Shown here: piece by piece, positions 1-9,251 of the stretch
How positions within the stretch are numbered: the first letter of the stretch is position 1
Layout of the letters: every line of letters starts with the position of its first letter
Origin: Candidatus Poriferisocius sp.
Lineage (GTDB): Bacteria; Actinomycetota; Acidimicrobiia; Acidimicrobiales; Bin134
Assembly (NCBI RefSeq): GCF_965204015.1
Contig: NZ_OZ241965.1
Coordinates: 375,991 to 439,990 of the forward strand
DNA: 64,000 bases
Direction of reading: 5' to 3'
Made by a program: the position numbers and the translations under genes
The notes under the pieces: model-generated
Databases searched by the model: none
What the model was told of the DNA's origin: nothing
Seen by the model: only the letters and a program-made list of their open reading frames with translations

Positions 1-965
1 ATGAAGTCGCCGGCGCCGCCGGGCTCGCACAGCCCCAGATTGTCGTAGTGGATGAGCTCAGCGGTGGCGAAGCAGTCGTGCAGCTCCACCAGACTGAGGT
101 CTTGGGGGCCCACCCCGGCCTGCTCATAGGCCGCGGTGGCGGCATTGCGGGTGAGGGTGTTCACATCGGGCTGCATGGCACCCGACTCCACGTAGGGATC
201 GGTGGTCAGTACCGAGGCAGAGATCTTCACTGCCCGGGACTGCTGCTCGCGGCTCAATGAAGCGAACCGCTCCTCCCCCACCAACACGCAGGCGGCGGCC
301 CCGTCGCCGGTGGGGCAGCACATGAGCAGGGTGTTGGGGTAGGACTGCATGGGCGAGCCCATGACCTCCTCCAGGGTGAATTCCTTCTGGTACTGGGCCA
401 AAGGATTCAGAGTGGAATGGGCGTGGTTCTTCTGGGCCACCTTGGCGAACTGCGCAAAACCCACCCCGTCGTTGTCGTTGGCATACTCCATGCCGGCCTG
501 GGCGAACACCCCGGGCATGGTGTCGGTGCCCAGAATGCCGTCGATGGGCATGACCGCGCCGAAGCGGCCCGACGGCTCATACACGTTTTTCTCCTTGCGG
601 GCGCCGCCAGCCAACAGCCCCATCTTGCCCATCTGCTCCACGCCGATGGCCAGGCCCAAGTCGGCCTCGCCGGCTCGAATGGCCATGATCACCGTGCGCA
701 AGGCGGTAGCCCCGGTGGCACAGGCGTTGGACACGTTGTATACCGGGATGCCGGTCTGGCCGATCTGCTTCTGCACCTGCTGGCCCATGCCGGCGTTGGC
801 TTGGAACAGGGTCCCGCAGGCCAGCAGATCCATGTCGGAGATGGTCACCCCGCCGTCGTCCAGTGCCCCCAAAGCCGCCGCGGCGGCCAAGTCCACCGCG
901 TCCTGGTCGGGGTAGCGGCCGAACGCCGTCATGTGCGTTCCCAGAACCCAGATGTCTTGTGCCAT
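1..965 (-). CDS. thiolase-family / SCP-x-type lipid-transfer protein (3' end runs off the window)
   Basis: Absent from the ORF track because it leaves the window. My translation from the ATG at 965 reads MAQDIWVLGTHMTAFGRYPD...PVYNVSNACATGATALR, a thiolase active-site Cys context. It lies directly downstream of a DUF35 gene, its usual partner. Confidence 0.75.
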   Translation of the reverse strand, partial: MAQDIWVLGTHMTAFGRYPDQDAVDLAAAAALGALDDGGVTISDMDLLACGTLFQANAGMGQQVQKQIGQTGIPVYNVSNACATGATALRTVIMAIRAGEADLGLAIGVEQMGKMGLLAGGARKEKNVYEPSGRFGAVMPIDGILGTDTMPGVFAQAGMEYANDNDGVGFAQFAKVAQKNHAHSTLNPLAQYQKEFTLEEVMGSPMQSYPNTLLMCCPTGDGAAACVLVGEERFASLSREQQSRAVKISASVLTTDPYVESGAMQPDVNTLTRNAATAAYEQAGVGPQDLSLVELHDCFATAELIHYDNLGLCEPGGAGDF

Positions 966-989
966 TGTCGGCCTCCTATTGATTGATTG

Positions 990-1418
990 TCACACCGGGG
1001 CGTACCCGAAGGCGACGGCCTCTAGGCCGTCGTCGTCGGTGCCCACGACATAGGTGTCGAGCTTGACTTTCATGCCGAGCGTGATCTTGGCGGGATCGGG
1101 CTCGATGTTGATGAGGTTGGAGCGCACCGAGGTGCCGTCGTCGGTCAGCACGATGGCCGAGACGTAAGGAGTGGGGATGGTGGGAGCCGCCCGGTAGACG
1201 ATGCTGAAGGTGCGAAGGGTGCCGGTGTCACTCACTCGTACCGAATTGAACTCTCGGTGGCCGCAATGGGCGCAGGCGTTGCGCCGGCCGAAGAAGCGGG
1301 CGCCGCAATTGGCGCACTCATTGGCTTGCAGGTGGGGCTCATCGCCCAAGACGAGATAGTCCACAAGTGGGATTTGCACGACGGACAGACTATCCCAGCA
1401 CCCGATGCAGCGGCCCAA
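990..1418 (-). CDS. DUF35-type Zn-ribbon / OB-fold protein (thiolase partner)
   Basis: 142-aa ORF with a C-x2-C...C-x2-C ribbon (CANCGARFFGRRNACAHCGH) followed by an OB-fold-like C-terminus. The true start may be internal. Confidence 0.8.
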   Translation of the reverse strand: MGRCIGCWDSLSVVQIPLVDYLVLGDEPHLQANECANCGARFFGRRNACAHCGHREFNSVRVSDTGTLRTFSIVYRAAPTIPTPYVSAIVLTDDGTSVRSNLINIEPDPAKITLGMKVKLDTYVVGTDDDGLEAVAFGYAPV

Positions 1419-1447
1419 CTGCGACGGGCGGGCGGGCCGAGATCCGG

Positions 1448-1936
1448 CTATTGGGGGATGTCGAATCCCTCAGGGAAACCGCCGTCCATGTAGGCCGACG
1501 TCTCGACCTTCTTCTTGATGCGAAAACCCTCAGGAGTCCTGGTGACGGTGTCGTGGTACCAACCGCCCACAAAGAACAAGTGCAGCCCCGACCCGTTGGG
1601 GTCGAACTTTCCATCGTCGTTGATGGGCATACCCATCGGATTGTGGAAGATCGTTGTGCACTCGGCGGTGTCACCGTCCCAACTGCGGATGTAGGTCTTG
1701 CCCACCATGTGCTGGGTCATGGGGAAGATGGAAAGGGCCATTTGGAGCCAGCCCTTGACGGTGGGATAGTCGGCGTTAGCGTCATCCACGCCAGGAGCCG
1801 ACGAGGAGTAGTCCAGATGGGCATCGGGGGTAAACACCGTGTCGAGTAGATCCCAGTCCTTGTCGTCAATGGCGATGGTGTACCGGACGATGGTGTCCTC
1901 AATGGCCAGGCGGTCAACGGGGTCAGGCATGCTCAT
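1448..1936 (-). CDS. SnoaL-like / NTF2-fold protein
   Basis: 162-aa ORF. The N-terminus DRLAIEDTIVRYTIAIDDKDWDLLDTVFTPD is typical of SnoaL_4 family proteins. It overlaps the upstream gene by 4 nt. Confidence 0.7.
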   Translation of the reverse strand: MSMPDPVDRLAIEDTIVRYTIAIDDKDWDLLDTVFTPDAHLDYSSSAPGVDDANADYPTVKGWLQMALSIFPMTQHMVGKTYIRSWDGDTAECTTIFHNPMGMPINDDGKFDPNGSGLHLFFVGGWYHDTVTRTPEGFRIKKKVETSAYMDGGFPEGFDIPQ

Positions 1937-2493
1937 GGCGGGTCACCGTAGTGGATGATCTCCCCCAATGGCCTACGGGGGCGGGTGGCCGATGAACTGG
2001 GACGCTGATCGGAGGGGTGGCCGAGGGCCACGGTTCCGACGACGCGGCGTCCCGCAGGGATGCCAAGACCCTCGATCACCGCAGCCTCGTGCTCGAAGGC
2101 GCCGAAAAAGCACGAACCCAGGCCGGCAGCGGTGGCCCCCAGCAGCAGGTTGTGTACCGCCATGCCGGCATCAACCCACCAGTAAGGGACGGGCCAGGAG
2201 TCCGTGCCCTCGCCGAAACCGGTGTGGGCCTTGTCGGCCTCGGCGTAGCGCCGCACATAGCGCTGGGGCTCGGTGAGCACCACCACGAGGACGGGAGCGA
2301 CCAGCAGGCCGGGCCAGGGGAACTCGGCTCGCCGATCCGGGGTGAGGGTCAGTTGCCAGTAGCGCTCGGGTTGGGCGACCACGCAGAACTCCACCGCCTG
2401 GGCATTGCCAGCCGACGGTGACCGGCGCGCTTGGTCAAGCAATTCATCGACGACGCCATCGGGAAGAGGATCGGGGAGAAAGTTGCGGCACAT
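1933..2493 (-). CDS. nitroreductase family protein
   Basis: 186-aa ORF. It has RSPSAGNAQAVEF and a C-terminal GxxxxG...LG pattern typical of the FMN nitroreductase fold. Confidence 0.8.
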   Translation of the reverse strand: MCRNFLPDPLPDGVVDELLDQARRSPSAGNAQAVEFCVVAQPERYWQLTLTPDRRAEFPWPGLLVAPVLVVVLTEPQRYVRRYAEADKAHTGFGEGTDSWPVPYWWVDAGMAVHNLLLGATAAGLGSCFFGAFEHEAAVIEGLGIPAGRRVVGTVALGHPSDQRPSSSATRPRRPLGEIIHYGDPP

Positions 2494-2519
2494 TGGCCGC
2501 CGAAGAGGTGGCGTGTTGC

Positions 2520-3188
2520 TCAGGCGTACTTGAGCAGGTCTTCGGCCATGATCCAGCCGAAGGCAATCATGGTGTCGCCACCGCCGCGGTCCACTTTGTC
2601 GAACAGGGCAACTACGTCAGGGTCGATGCTGTCGGGCTTGGCCGTCTCGTAGTCGAGCAAACAGGCCTGGTTGTCGTCGCCCACCACCCGGAAGTCGCGG
2701 TCGAGATACCGAGAGGCGCTGATGTTGAACCGCTTGGCCAGCCGGCGTCCCCAGGCCCGCTCCTCGCCGGAGGCCTTGTGCCCGGGGCGGGGAACGATGT
2801 CCACCAGGGGCTTGAAGGTGTCGAATCCACCGGGGTTGTCGAACTGGGTGCCCATCAGCACGTCTTCGTCGGGGAAGGCCATCAGCGCCCGATGGAGCTG
2901 GGCCTCGGTCAATTGGCGGAGCACGGTGCTGCGCTTGGAGGTGCGGGCCACCGATGCCAGCCCCACCAGCACGCTCGGCGTTCCACCGATGCGCTCCAGG
3001 GTGGAGAAGGAGAATCCCCGAAGTTTCCCGTTCTCCCGAGCGGTGGAGATCAGCACCCACTCTTCGGTTTGCTTGGAGAGCAACCCCACCGAAAACGGGT
3101 TGGGGCCGTCAGCGCACATGTCTGCCATCTCGGCCAGTTCAGCGTCGGTGACCGCTGTGCAGTCCTTGGTTTCGACGTCGATAGCCAT
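2520..3188 (-). CDS. hypothetical protein (possibly acyltransferase-like fold)
   Basis: 222-aa ORF with protein-like composition and no competing ORF. I recognise no motif. Confidence 0.6.
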   Translation of the reverse strand: MAIDVETKDCTAVTDAELAEMADMCADGPNPFSVGLLSKQTEEWVLISTARENGKLRGFSFSTLERIGGTPSVLVGLASVARTSKRSTVLRQLTEAQLHRALMAFPDEDVLMGTQFDNPGGFDTFKPLVDIVPRPGHKASGEERAWGRRLAKRFNISASRYLDRDFRVVGDDNQACLLDYETAKPDSIDPDVVALFDKVDRGGGDTMIAFGWIMAEDLLKYA

Positions 3189-3341
3189 GTGCTGCTCGTC
3201 CTCCTCGCTCGCTGATTTCCCACAGATTCCCCCTGTGGGTACCCCTATAGTCCATCAATCACCCAGGCAGGCGTGCAAACCCGCAGGAATACAAGGGTTT
3301 TGCCGATAGCTTGGACGACGGCAAAATGCCAGCTTGTCGGG

Positions 3342-6300
3342 CTACACGGCGATGGCGTTCTCGCCCAGCATCTCCCGCAGCTCACCGATCAACCCGCTTC
3401 CCGCGTCCACCCCATAGGCCGGTGAAAGCTTGATCCCCTTGTCAACGCTGAGCATCAGGATCACCTCTGATTTGCCGGGATGAGCGGCGAGAGCCGACTT
3501 GAGGAAGTCGATACGATCAGGAGACAGTCCATAGGATCCGAGGTTCAGCTTCAGGGTGGGCGTTCCGTTGGCCAAAGCCGGATCGATCGGCTCCACTCCG
3601 AAGCAGATCAGGTTGGGCTCGTCATCGCGGCGGTCAAACCGGCCCTCGAACACCACCACCAGGTCGTCGGCCAGCTTGTGGCCGTGTTCCTCCATAGCCC
3701 GGGGAAACAGCGTCACCTCCATGTTCCCGTACATGTCCTCAAGGTCGCACGACGCCATCAGCTCGCCCTTGCGGGTCCATCGCTTGCGCAGGCCACTGAC
3801 CACCCCGCCGACTTTCACCGATGTGCCCTCCTCCACTTCGGCCAGCTGGTCGATCCGATGGGTGGTCCTTCGAGCCAGCACCCCTTCCATGCCCATGATG
3901 GGGTGGTCGGACACGTAGAGCCCCAGCATCTCCTTTTCGGCCGCCAGCCTCCGGGCCTTGTCGAACTCGACATCGGGGATATCGATGCGCTCCTCGAAGC
4001 TCTCTTCGCTGCCTTCGCCGAACAGGCTCATAATTCCCTGGCTGCGCTCCCGCTGCTGTTGGATGCAGCGGCGGACGATCGTCTCGGACACGTTGAGCAG
4101 CCCCTGGCGGGGATGGTCGAACGAGTCGAAGCAGCCCGCCTTTATGAGGGCTTCGACAACGCCCTTGTTGAGCACGATCGGATCAACCCGCGAGCAGAAA
4201 TCGTGGAAGTCGGCGAACGGTCCGTTCTCCCTCCTCTCGTCGAGGATCATCTGGGCGGTGCCCGTGCCCATGTGGCGGATGGCAGATAGACCAAACGAGA
4301 TGGCCTTCTCGCCGTCAGGGGCGCCTATGGCGGCGAAATCCGACTCCGAGAGGTTCACATCTGGCAGCGCCACGGTGATCCCCATCTGGCGGCACTCGGC
4401 CAGGTACACGGCGGCCTTCTCCAGCTTGTTCTTGACGCTGGTCAACAAGGCGGCCATGTACTCCACCGAGTAGTTGGCCTTGAGGAAGGCGCACTGATAG
4501 GCGATGAGCCCATAGCCATAGGAGTGGCTCTTGCCGAAGGCGTAGTCGGCGAACTGCTCGATGATGTCGAAGAGCTGGGTGCCCAGTTCCTCGCCGTATC
4601 CCTCCTGCTCGCAACCCGCCACGAAGGAGTCCCGCTCCTTGGCCATCAACTCCCGGTCCTTCTTGCCACAGGCCTTGCGGAGGTTGTCGGCGTCGGCCAA
4701 GGAATAGCCCGCGAATCGCTGGGCCACCCGCATGACGCTCTCCTGGTAGATCATCAGCCCGTAGGTGTCGCCCAGGATGTCGGCGGCGTCGTCGTGGAAC
4801 ACCTGCACCGGTTTGCGGTCGTTCTTCCGGTCGGCATAGTCGTTGTGCATGTTGGCCGCCATCGGGCCGGGCCGGTAGAGGGCCACGAGGGCGGCCACGT
4901 CGTCGAAGCAGGTGGGCTTCAGCGATCGAATCAACGAGCGCATCGGACCGCTCTCCAGCTGGAATACGCCGATGGTCTCCCCCCGGGCCAGCATCTCGTA
5001 GGTGGCGGCATCGTCCAGCGGCACGTTGTCGATGTCGATGTCCACGCCGTGGGACTGCTTGATGAGCCCCACGGTGTCCTCGATCACATCGAGGTTGCGC
5101 AGGCCCAGAAAGTCCATTTTGAGCAGACCGAGATCCTCCACCGCGTGCATCTCGTACTGGGTGACGATGGGGGCCTCTTCGTAGGTCTGCCCCGTCGAGG
5201 CCTTGCGCTGAATGGGGAGGTGCTCGGTGAGCGGATCCTTGGTGATCACCACGGCGGCGGCGTGAATGCTGTCCTGGCGGCGCAAGCCCTCCAAGCCCCG
5301 GGCCACATCGACCACCTTGCGGGCATCCTCGTCGCTGTCATACATCGCCCGCAGCTCGGCGGCCGCGGTGTAGCCATCGGCGAATTCATCGGTCTTCTCC
5401 AAGCAGGCCCACAGCGGGGTGTCTCTTCCCAGCACAAGGGGGGGCATGGCCTTGGCCAGTTTGTCGCCCAGGGAATAGGGGAGGTTCAGCACCCGGGCGC
5501 TGTCGCGCACCGCAGCCCGGGCCTTGATGGTGGAGAAGGTGATGATCTGGGCCACATGGTCTTCGCCGTACTTGTGGGAGACGTAGCGGATGATCTCGTC
5601 GCGGTAGCGCGAGTCGAAGTCCATGTCGATGTCGGGCATGGATACCCGGGACGGATTGAGGAAGCGCTCGAACAGCAGGTCGTAGCGGATCGGATCCAGG
5701 TCGGTGATGCGCAGGGAGTAGGCCACGGCGCACCCAGCCGCGCTGCCTCGGCCTGGGCCCACCCGGATGCCCCGCTCTCGGGCGTAGCGGATCAGGTCCC
5801 AGGTGATCAGGAAGTAGGAGGAGAAGCCCATGTCGGAGATGACCTTGAGCTCGAAGGCCAGCCGGTCGGCCACCTCCTCAGTCAGGGGACTCCCCCATCG
5901 GGCTTCGGCGCCTTTCAAAGTCAGGGCCTGGAGGTAGTCGTCGGCGTTCTCGTATTCGTCGGGAATGGGGAAGTCGGGAAGCTGCGGTTTGCCGAACTCG
6001 ATCTCCACGTTGGCCCGCTCGGCGATCAGCAGCGTGTTGTCGCAGGCCGGGACGAGGTCGGAGAACACATGGCGCATCTCCGCCGCCGTCTTGAGGTAGT
6101 GCTCGCTGCCATCGAACTTCAGGCGGTCGGTGTCGCTGACCAGCGAGCCGGTTTGCACGCACAAAAGGGCATCGTGGGACTCGGCATCGTGTCTATGGGT
6201 GTAGTGGCTGTCGTTGGTGGCCAATAGGGGGGCATTGATCTGGCGGGCCAGCCGGATCAGTTCGGGGTTGGTGCGAATCTGCGCGTCGATGCCGTGGTCC

Positions 6301-6869
6301 TGGATCTCTACGAACAGGTTCTCCTTGCCGAAGATGTCCTGGAGGCGGGCCGCCTTGGCCACCGCATCGTCGTAGTCGTTGCGCAGCAAGGCCTGGAGCA
6401 CATGGCCGCCCAGACAGCCGGTGGAGCAGATCAGCCCCTCGCTGTGCTCGGCCAAAAGCTCCCAGTCGAGCCGGGGCTTGTAGTAGTAGCCCTCAAGGAA
6501 CGCCCGGCTGGACAGCTGGATGAGGTTCTTGTAGCCGGTGTTGTTCTCGGCCAAAAGGGTGAGGTGGTAGTAGAGCTTATGGCCGCCCTCGGTGATGCCG
6601 CCGCTGTCGTCGACCTTGCCCCTCCGGGCGGGCCGCTCACTCCGGTTCTCGTGGGCCATGTAGGCCTCGGTGCCGATGACCGGCTTGATCCCCTCGGAAA
6701 GGCAGCTCTTGTAGAAGTCGACAACCCCGTACATGTTGCCGTGGTCGGTCATTCCCAGCGCGGGCTGCCCGTCGGCGGCGGCGGCCTGGACGAGCTCGCT
6801 CACCCGGGAGGCGCCGTCGAGGATGGAGTACTCGGTGTGTACGTGGAGGTGGGTGAAGGAACTGGACAC
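3342..6869 (-). CDS. dnaE: DNA polymerase III alpha subunit
   Basis: 1175 aa with a PHP-domain N-terminus (HLHVHTEYSILDGASR) and the full-length pol III alpha layout. GTG start preceded by AGGAG. Confidence 0.97.
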   Translation of the reverse strand: MSSSFTHLHVHTEYSILDGASRVSELVQAAAADGQPALGMTDHGNMYGVVDFYKSCLSEGIKPVIGTEAYMAHENRSERPARRGKVDDSGGITEGGHKLYYHLTLLAENNTGYKNLIQLSSRAFLEGYYYKPRLDWELLAEHSEGLICSTGCLGGHVLQALLRNDYDDAVAKAARLQDIFGKENLFVEIQDHGIDAQIRTNPELIRLARQINAPLLATNDSHYTHRHDAESHDALLCVQTGSLVSDTDRLKFDGSEHYLKTAAEMRHVFSDLVPACDNTLLIAERANVEIEFGKPQLPDFPIPDEYENADDYLQALTLKGAEARWGSPLTEEVADRLAFELKVISDMGFSSYFLITWDLIRYARERGIRVGPGRGSAAGCAVAYSLRITDLDPIRYDLLFERFLNPSRVSMPDIDMDFDSRYRDEIIRYVSHKYGEDHVAQIITFSTIKARAAVRDSARVLNLPYSLGDKLAKAMPPLVLGRDTPLWACLEKTDEFADGYTAAAELRAMYDSDEDARKVVDVARGLEGLRRQDSIHAAAVVITKDPLTEHLPIQRKASTGQTYEEAPIVTQYEMHAVEDLGLLKMDFLGLRNLDVIEDTVGLIKQSHGVDIDIDNVPLDDAATYEMLARGETIGVFQLESGPMRSLIRSLKPTCFDDVAALVALYRPGPMAANMHNDYADRKNDRKPVQVFHDDAADILGDTYGLMIYQESVMRVAQRFAGYSLADADNLRKACGKKDRELMAKERDSFVAGCEQEGYGEELGTQLFDIIEQFADYAFGKSHSYGYGLIAYQCAFLKANYSVEYMAALLTSVKNKLEKAAVYLAECRQMGITVALPDVNLSESDFAAIGAPDGEKAISFGLSAIRHMGTGTAQMILDERRENGPFADFHDFCSRVDPIVLNKGVVEALIKAGCFDSFDHPRQGLLNVSETIVRRCIQQQRERSQGIMSLFGEGSEESFEERIDIPDVEFDKARRLAAEKEMLGLYVSDHPIMGMEGVLARRTTHRIDQLAEVEEGTSVKVGGVVSGLRKRWTRKGELMASCDLEDMYGNMEVTLFPRAMEEHGHKLADDLVVVFEGRFDRRDDEPNLICFGVEPIDPALANGTPTLKLNLGSYGLSPDRIDFLKSALAAHPGKSEVILMLSVDKGIKLSPAYGVDAGSGLIGELREMLGENAIAV

Positions 6870-6877
6870 GGCGCTCC

Positions 6878-6926
6878 TGTGGACGATCTGTGGCCTGCTT
6901 GTGGATAACTACAGGCTTGTGGTTTG
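6878..6926 (-). promoter_or_regulatory. four phased CCACA (DnaA-box-like) direct repeats in the dnaE leader
   Basis: TGTGG occurs on the + strand at 6878, 6889, 6900 and 6918 (spacing 11, 11, 18 bp). In dnaE sense the boxes read CAAACCACA, TTATCCACA, CAGGCCACA and TCGTCCACA. The proximal box abuts the AGGAG Shine-Dalgarno. Confidence 0.35.
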
Positions 6927-6995
6927 GCCTACCCCGACCATACCAAGACCCGGCGACACGTGCTGATCGACGACTGATTCCCCGCGTTTCCCCTG

Positions 6996-7001
6996 ATTAT
7001 A
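6996..7001 (-). promoter_or_regulatory. candidate -10 hexamer (TATAAT) for dnaE
   Basis: A perfect TATAAT on the minus strand about 127 nt upstream of the dnaE GTG, within otherwise GC-rich DNA. I see no convincing -35. Confidence 0.3.
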
Positions 7002-7019
7002 GGGTACGAGAGGAATGAA

Positions 7020-7532
7020 CTAGAGGTACGTGCCCGGGGCCCGGTCGGGTCCGGGGGCGGCGGCTCCGGGGGGAAGTTCGGCCCGGATATTGGCCAGCTG
7101 TTGCTGCGCGGAGACCTGCTGGGCGAACAGCGCCGCCTGGATGCCCTGAATGAGACCCTCCAGCCAGCCCACCAACTGGGCCTTGGCTACTTGTAGCTCG
7201 GCTTGGCTGGGGGGGTGATCCTCGGGAAACGGCAGGATCAGGCGATCCAGCTCCTCGCGCAGATCGGCGGACAGCGCCGAGCCCAGTTCCTCAATCGAGG
7301 TGGCGTAGATGTCCCGCAACCGGTCGCGGCTGGATTCGTCCAGCGAGGACTGGCGAACTTCGTCCAAGAGCTGCTTCATCATCGTGCCGACCCTCATCAC
7401 CTTGGCCGGCTGTTCGATGGCCTCTCCGGCCGTCTCCGGCTCAGCTGGCCCGCTGACGGGATGGGGCCCATCGTGAACAACCTCGGCGGCCTCCGCGGGC
7501 ATCGGCTGACGGGTGTCGGACATGGCTGGCAA
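7020..7532 (-). CDS. bpa: bacterial proteasome activator (Bpa/PafE family)
   Basis: 170 aa with a disordered N-terminus and a helical core (MKQLLDEVRQ..., LREELDRL...). The C-terminus is ...GTYL, matching the GQYL-type 20S docking motif. Confidence 0.8.
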   Translation of the reverse strand: MPAMSDTRQPMPAEAAEVVHDGPHPVSGPAEPETAGEAIEQPAKVMRVGTMMKQLLDEVRQSSLDESSRDRLRDIYATSIEELGSALSADLREELDRLILPFPEDHPPSQAELQVAKAQLVGWLEGLIQGIQAALFAQQVSAQQQLANIRAELPPGAAAPGPDRAPGTYL

Positions 7533-7567
7533 TCTACCCGCTGCTACCGAGACCCGGACAACGTTGT

Positions 7568-8755
7568 TCAGCCTCGGGTTCCATAGGCGGCCAGACAGGG
7601 GACCAGCATCTCGGCTGAGGTAAGCGAGCCGTGGCGGGCGATCAGCTGAAAAATCGGCTTGGACTCGTTGCCGGCAGGACTCCGATCCGGAGGCTTGGGC
7701 TCGGTGAACGCCACCGGGTCGCGGGGGACCAAGGCCACGTCACCCATCCGCGACCGGGCCTCCGGGCCTACGTAGGGACCAAGCCACCCCTCATCCAGCA
7801 CCTGCTGCCTCCCGGCTACCAGGCCATATTGGCCGTAGCGCTCGGTGGCCACGCTCAGGAGCTCGCCAGCCCGGCCGGGTCGGGCGTGCAGCCAACGGAA
7901 CCGGGCCTCCCCCGAGACCACCGACGACAGGGCCAACACGTCGCGGGCCAGCTCGACGGTGGCATCGCCCACCATGACCTGGCCGTGGTCAGATACCACC
8001 AGCAGCGCGGCCTCTGGTGGCAGCGCGGCGAGGAGTTGCCCCACCAAATGGTCCACTTCGGCATACTCCGCGTCCAGGTAAGGGCCGAATCCGTATTCGT
8101 GGGCCACCCGGTCGGGTCCGTCGTAGTAGGCGTACACCAGTGGCGCGCCGCCGTCCACCAGCATCTGCACCTCTACCGCAATGGAACTGGTCAGCTTGTA
8201 GCCCCGGTGGTCGACACCGTCGAGATGGGCCCGGGTGAAGCCGGTCCCGCGAAACTCGCTCCGGCCCACTGCTGGCACCCGCCGCCCGAAAAAGGCGGGC
8301 CGGGTTTGCACCTGCTCGGGCACGATGTTCTTGCGGGCATCGGCCTTCTTCGGCCCCGCCGTCCACCGCAGGGCGTTCAGAACCTGCCCCTGGATGTGAA
8401 TCTGATAGCCGATCAAGCCGTGCTCGCCGGGAGCTGCGCCAGTAGTCAGCGAGGTCAGCGCCGTGGTCGTCGTGGTGGGGGCCACCGTGGTGATAGCGCC
8501 GCCCTCCATGCCCGACAGCACCGGAGCCAACCCGGTTCGCTCCTGAAGCTGCTCCCACCCCATGCCGTCCACCAGCAACAGCACCACTGCTTTGGCCTCG
8601 CGGGCCGGGGTGGGCAGCCAGCCCGAGGCATCCGGCGGGCCGAGCAGGGCGGGCACCACGTTGCTCAAACAGGCTGCCCGGTAGTCGGGCAGCACCGGAA
8701 AGCCCGTCGCCGGACTGCCAGCGGCCAAGCTGTCGTTGTCGGGGTGACGCTCCAT
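7568..8755 (-). CDS. alkaline phosphatase superfamily protein (nucleotide pyrophosphatase/phosphodiesterase-like)
   Basis: 395 aa. VLLLVDGMGWEQL and PTTTTTALTSLTTGAAPGEHG match the metal/nucleophile-Thr region of AP-superfamily enzymes. SDHG is near the C-terminus. Confidence 0.75.
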   Translation of the reverse strand: MERHPDNDSLAAGSPATGFPVLPDYRAACLSNVVPALLGPPDASGWLPTPAREAKAVVLLLVDGMGWEQLQERTGLAPVLSGMEGGAITTVAPTTTTTALTSLTTGAAPGEHGLIGYQIHIQGQVLNALRWTAGPKKADARKNIVPEQVQTRPAFFGRRVPAVGRSEFRGTGFTRAHLDGVDHRGYKLTSSIAVEVQMLVDGGAPLVYAYYDGPDRVAHEYGFGPYLDAEYAEVDHLVGQLLAALPPEAALLVVSDHGQVMVGDATVELARDVLALSSVVSGEARFRWLHARPGRAGELLSVATERYGQYGLVAGRQQVLDEGWLGPYVGPEARSRMGDVALVPRDPVAFTEPKPPDRSPAGNESKPIFQLIARHGSLTSAEMLVPCLAAYGTRG

Positions 8756-8795
8756 CCGGCCTTCAACCTAATCGGCACCACTAGGGTGAGAGGCG

Positions 8796-9251
8796 GTGAG
8801 AGTATCGACCCGTGGGGACTACGCCAGCCGGGCGCTGCTGTCTCTGGCCCTGCACGCCGACGAGTCCGGTCCCACCTCGGCGCGGGACATCGCCGAGCGC
8901 ACCGGACTCCCCCAGCCTTACCTGGAGCAGATCCTCCAAGCACTGAAGGGTGCCGGGCTGGTGCGCTCCAAGCGGGGAGCGGGGGGTGGCTACGCCCTGG
9001 CCCGACCGGCCTGCGATATCAGGCTGAGCGAGATAGTGAGCGCAGTGGACGGGCCCATCGTTCTGGGTGACTTCGGCGAGCCCCATGGTGACGGCGCCTG
9101 CGACCACGAGGGCCAGTGCGTGCTCTTGGCCATTTGGACCCATGTGGGCGACATCATGCACGACCTGCTCAGCAACTACACCCTGGCCGACATCGCCAAG
9201 ACGGCCAACGGCCTGCTCCCCTGGCCCGGATCCGACAGATCTTCCAGTTAG
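8796..9251 (+). CDS. Rrf2 family transcriptional regulator
   Basis: 151 aa. The N-terminal wHTH reads MRVSTRGDYASRALLSLA...IAERTGLPQPYLEQILQALKGAGLVRSKRGAGGGYALA. GTG start, with TAGGGT (TANNNT) 8 nt upstream. Confidence 0.85.
   Translation: MRVSTRGDYASRALLSLALHADESGPTSARDIAERTGLPQPYLEQILQALKGAGLVRSKRGAGGGYALARPACDIRLSEIVSAVDGPIVLGDFGEPHGDGACDHEGQCVLLAIWTHVGDIMHDLLSNYTLADIAKTANGLLPWPGSDRSSS

Noticed and set aside
3298-3326. The inverted repeat TTTTGCCG-N13-CGGCAAAA just downstream of the dnaE stop, as a terminator.
   Set aside because: The stem is only 8 bp and half A/T, the loop is 13 nt, and no U-tract follows in either orientation. The evidence is too weak.
4524-6227. A 567-aa ORF on the + strand inside dnaE. 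Similar long antisense or alternative-frame ORFs include 7631-9070 (+), 12449-14110 (-), 22551-23864 (+), 36295-37221 (+), 55925-56932 (-) and 58777-59452 (-).
   Set aside because: They lie fully inside strongly supported genes on the other strand or frame. Their Arg/Gly/Pro/His-rich composition is typical of stop-poor shadow frames in high-GC DNA. None carries a recognisable motif.
6878-6926. The DnaA-box-like cluster as a chromosomal replication origin.
   Set aside because: There are only four boxes, all in one orientation, and no adjacent AT-rich unwinding element. There is no dnaA/dnaN context, and the cluster sits inside the dnaE leader. I kept it only as a possible regulatory site.
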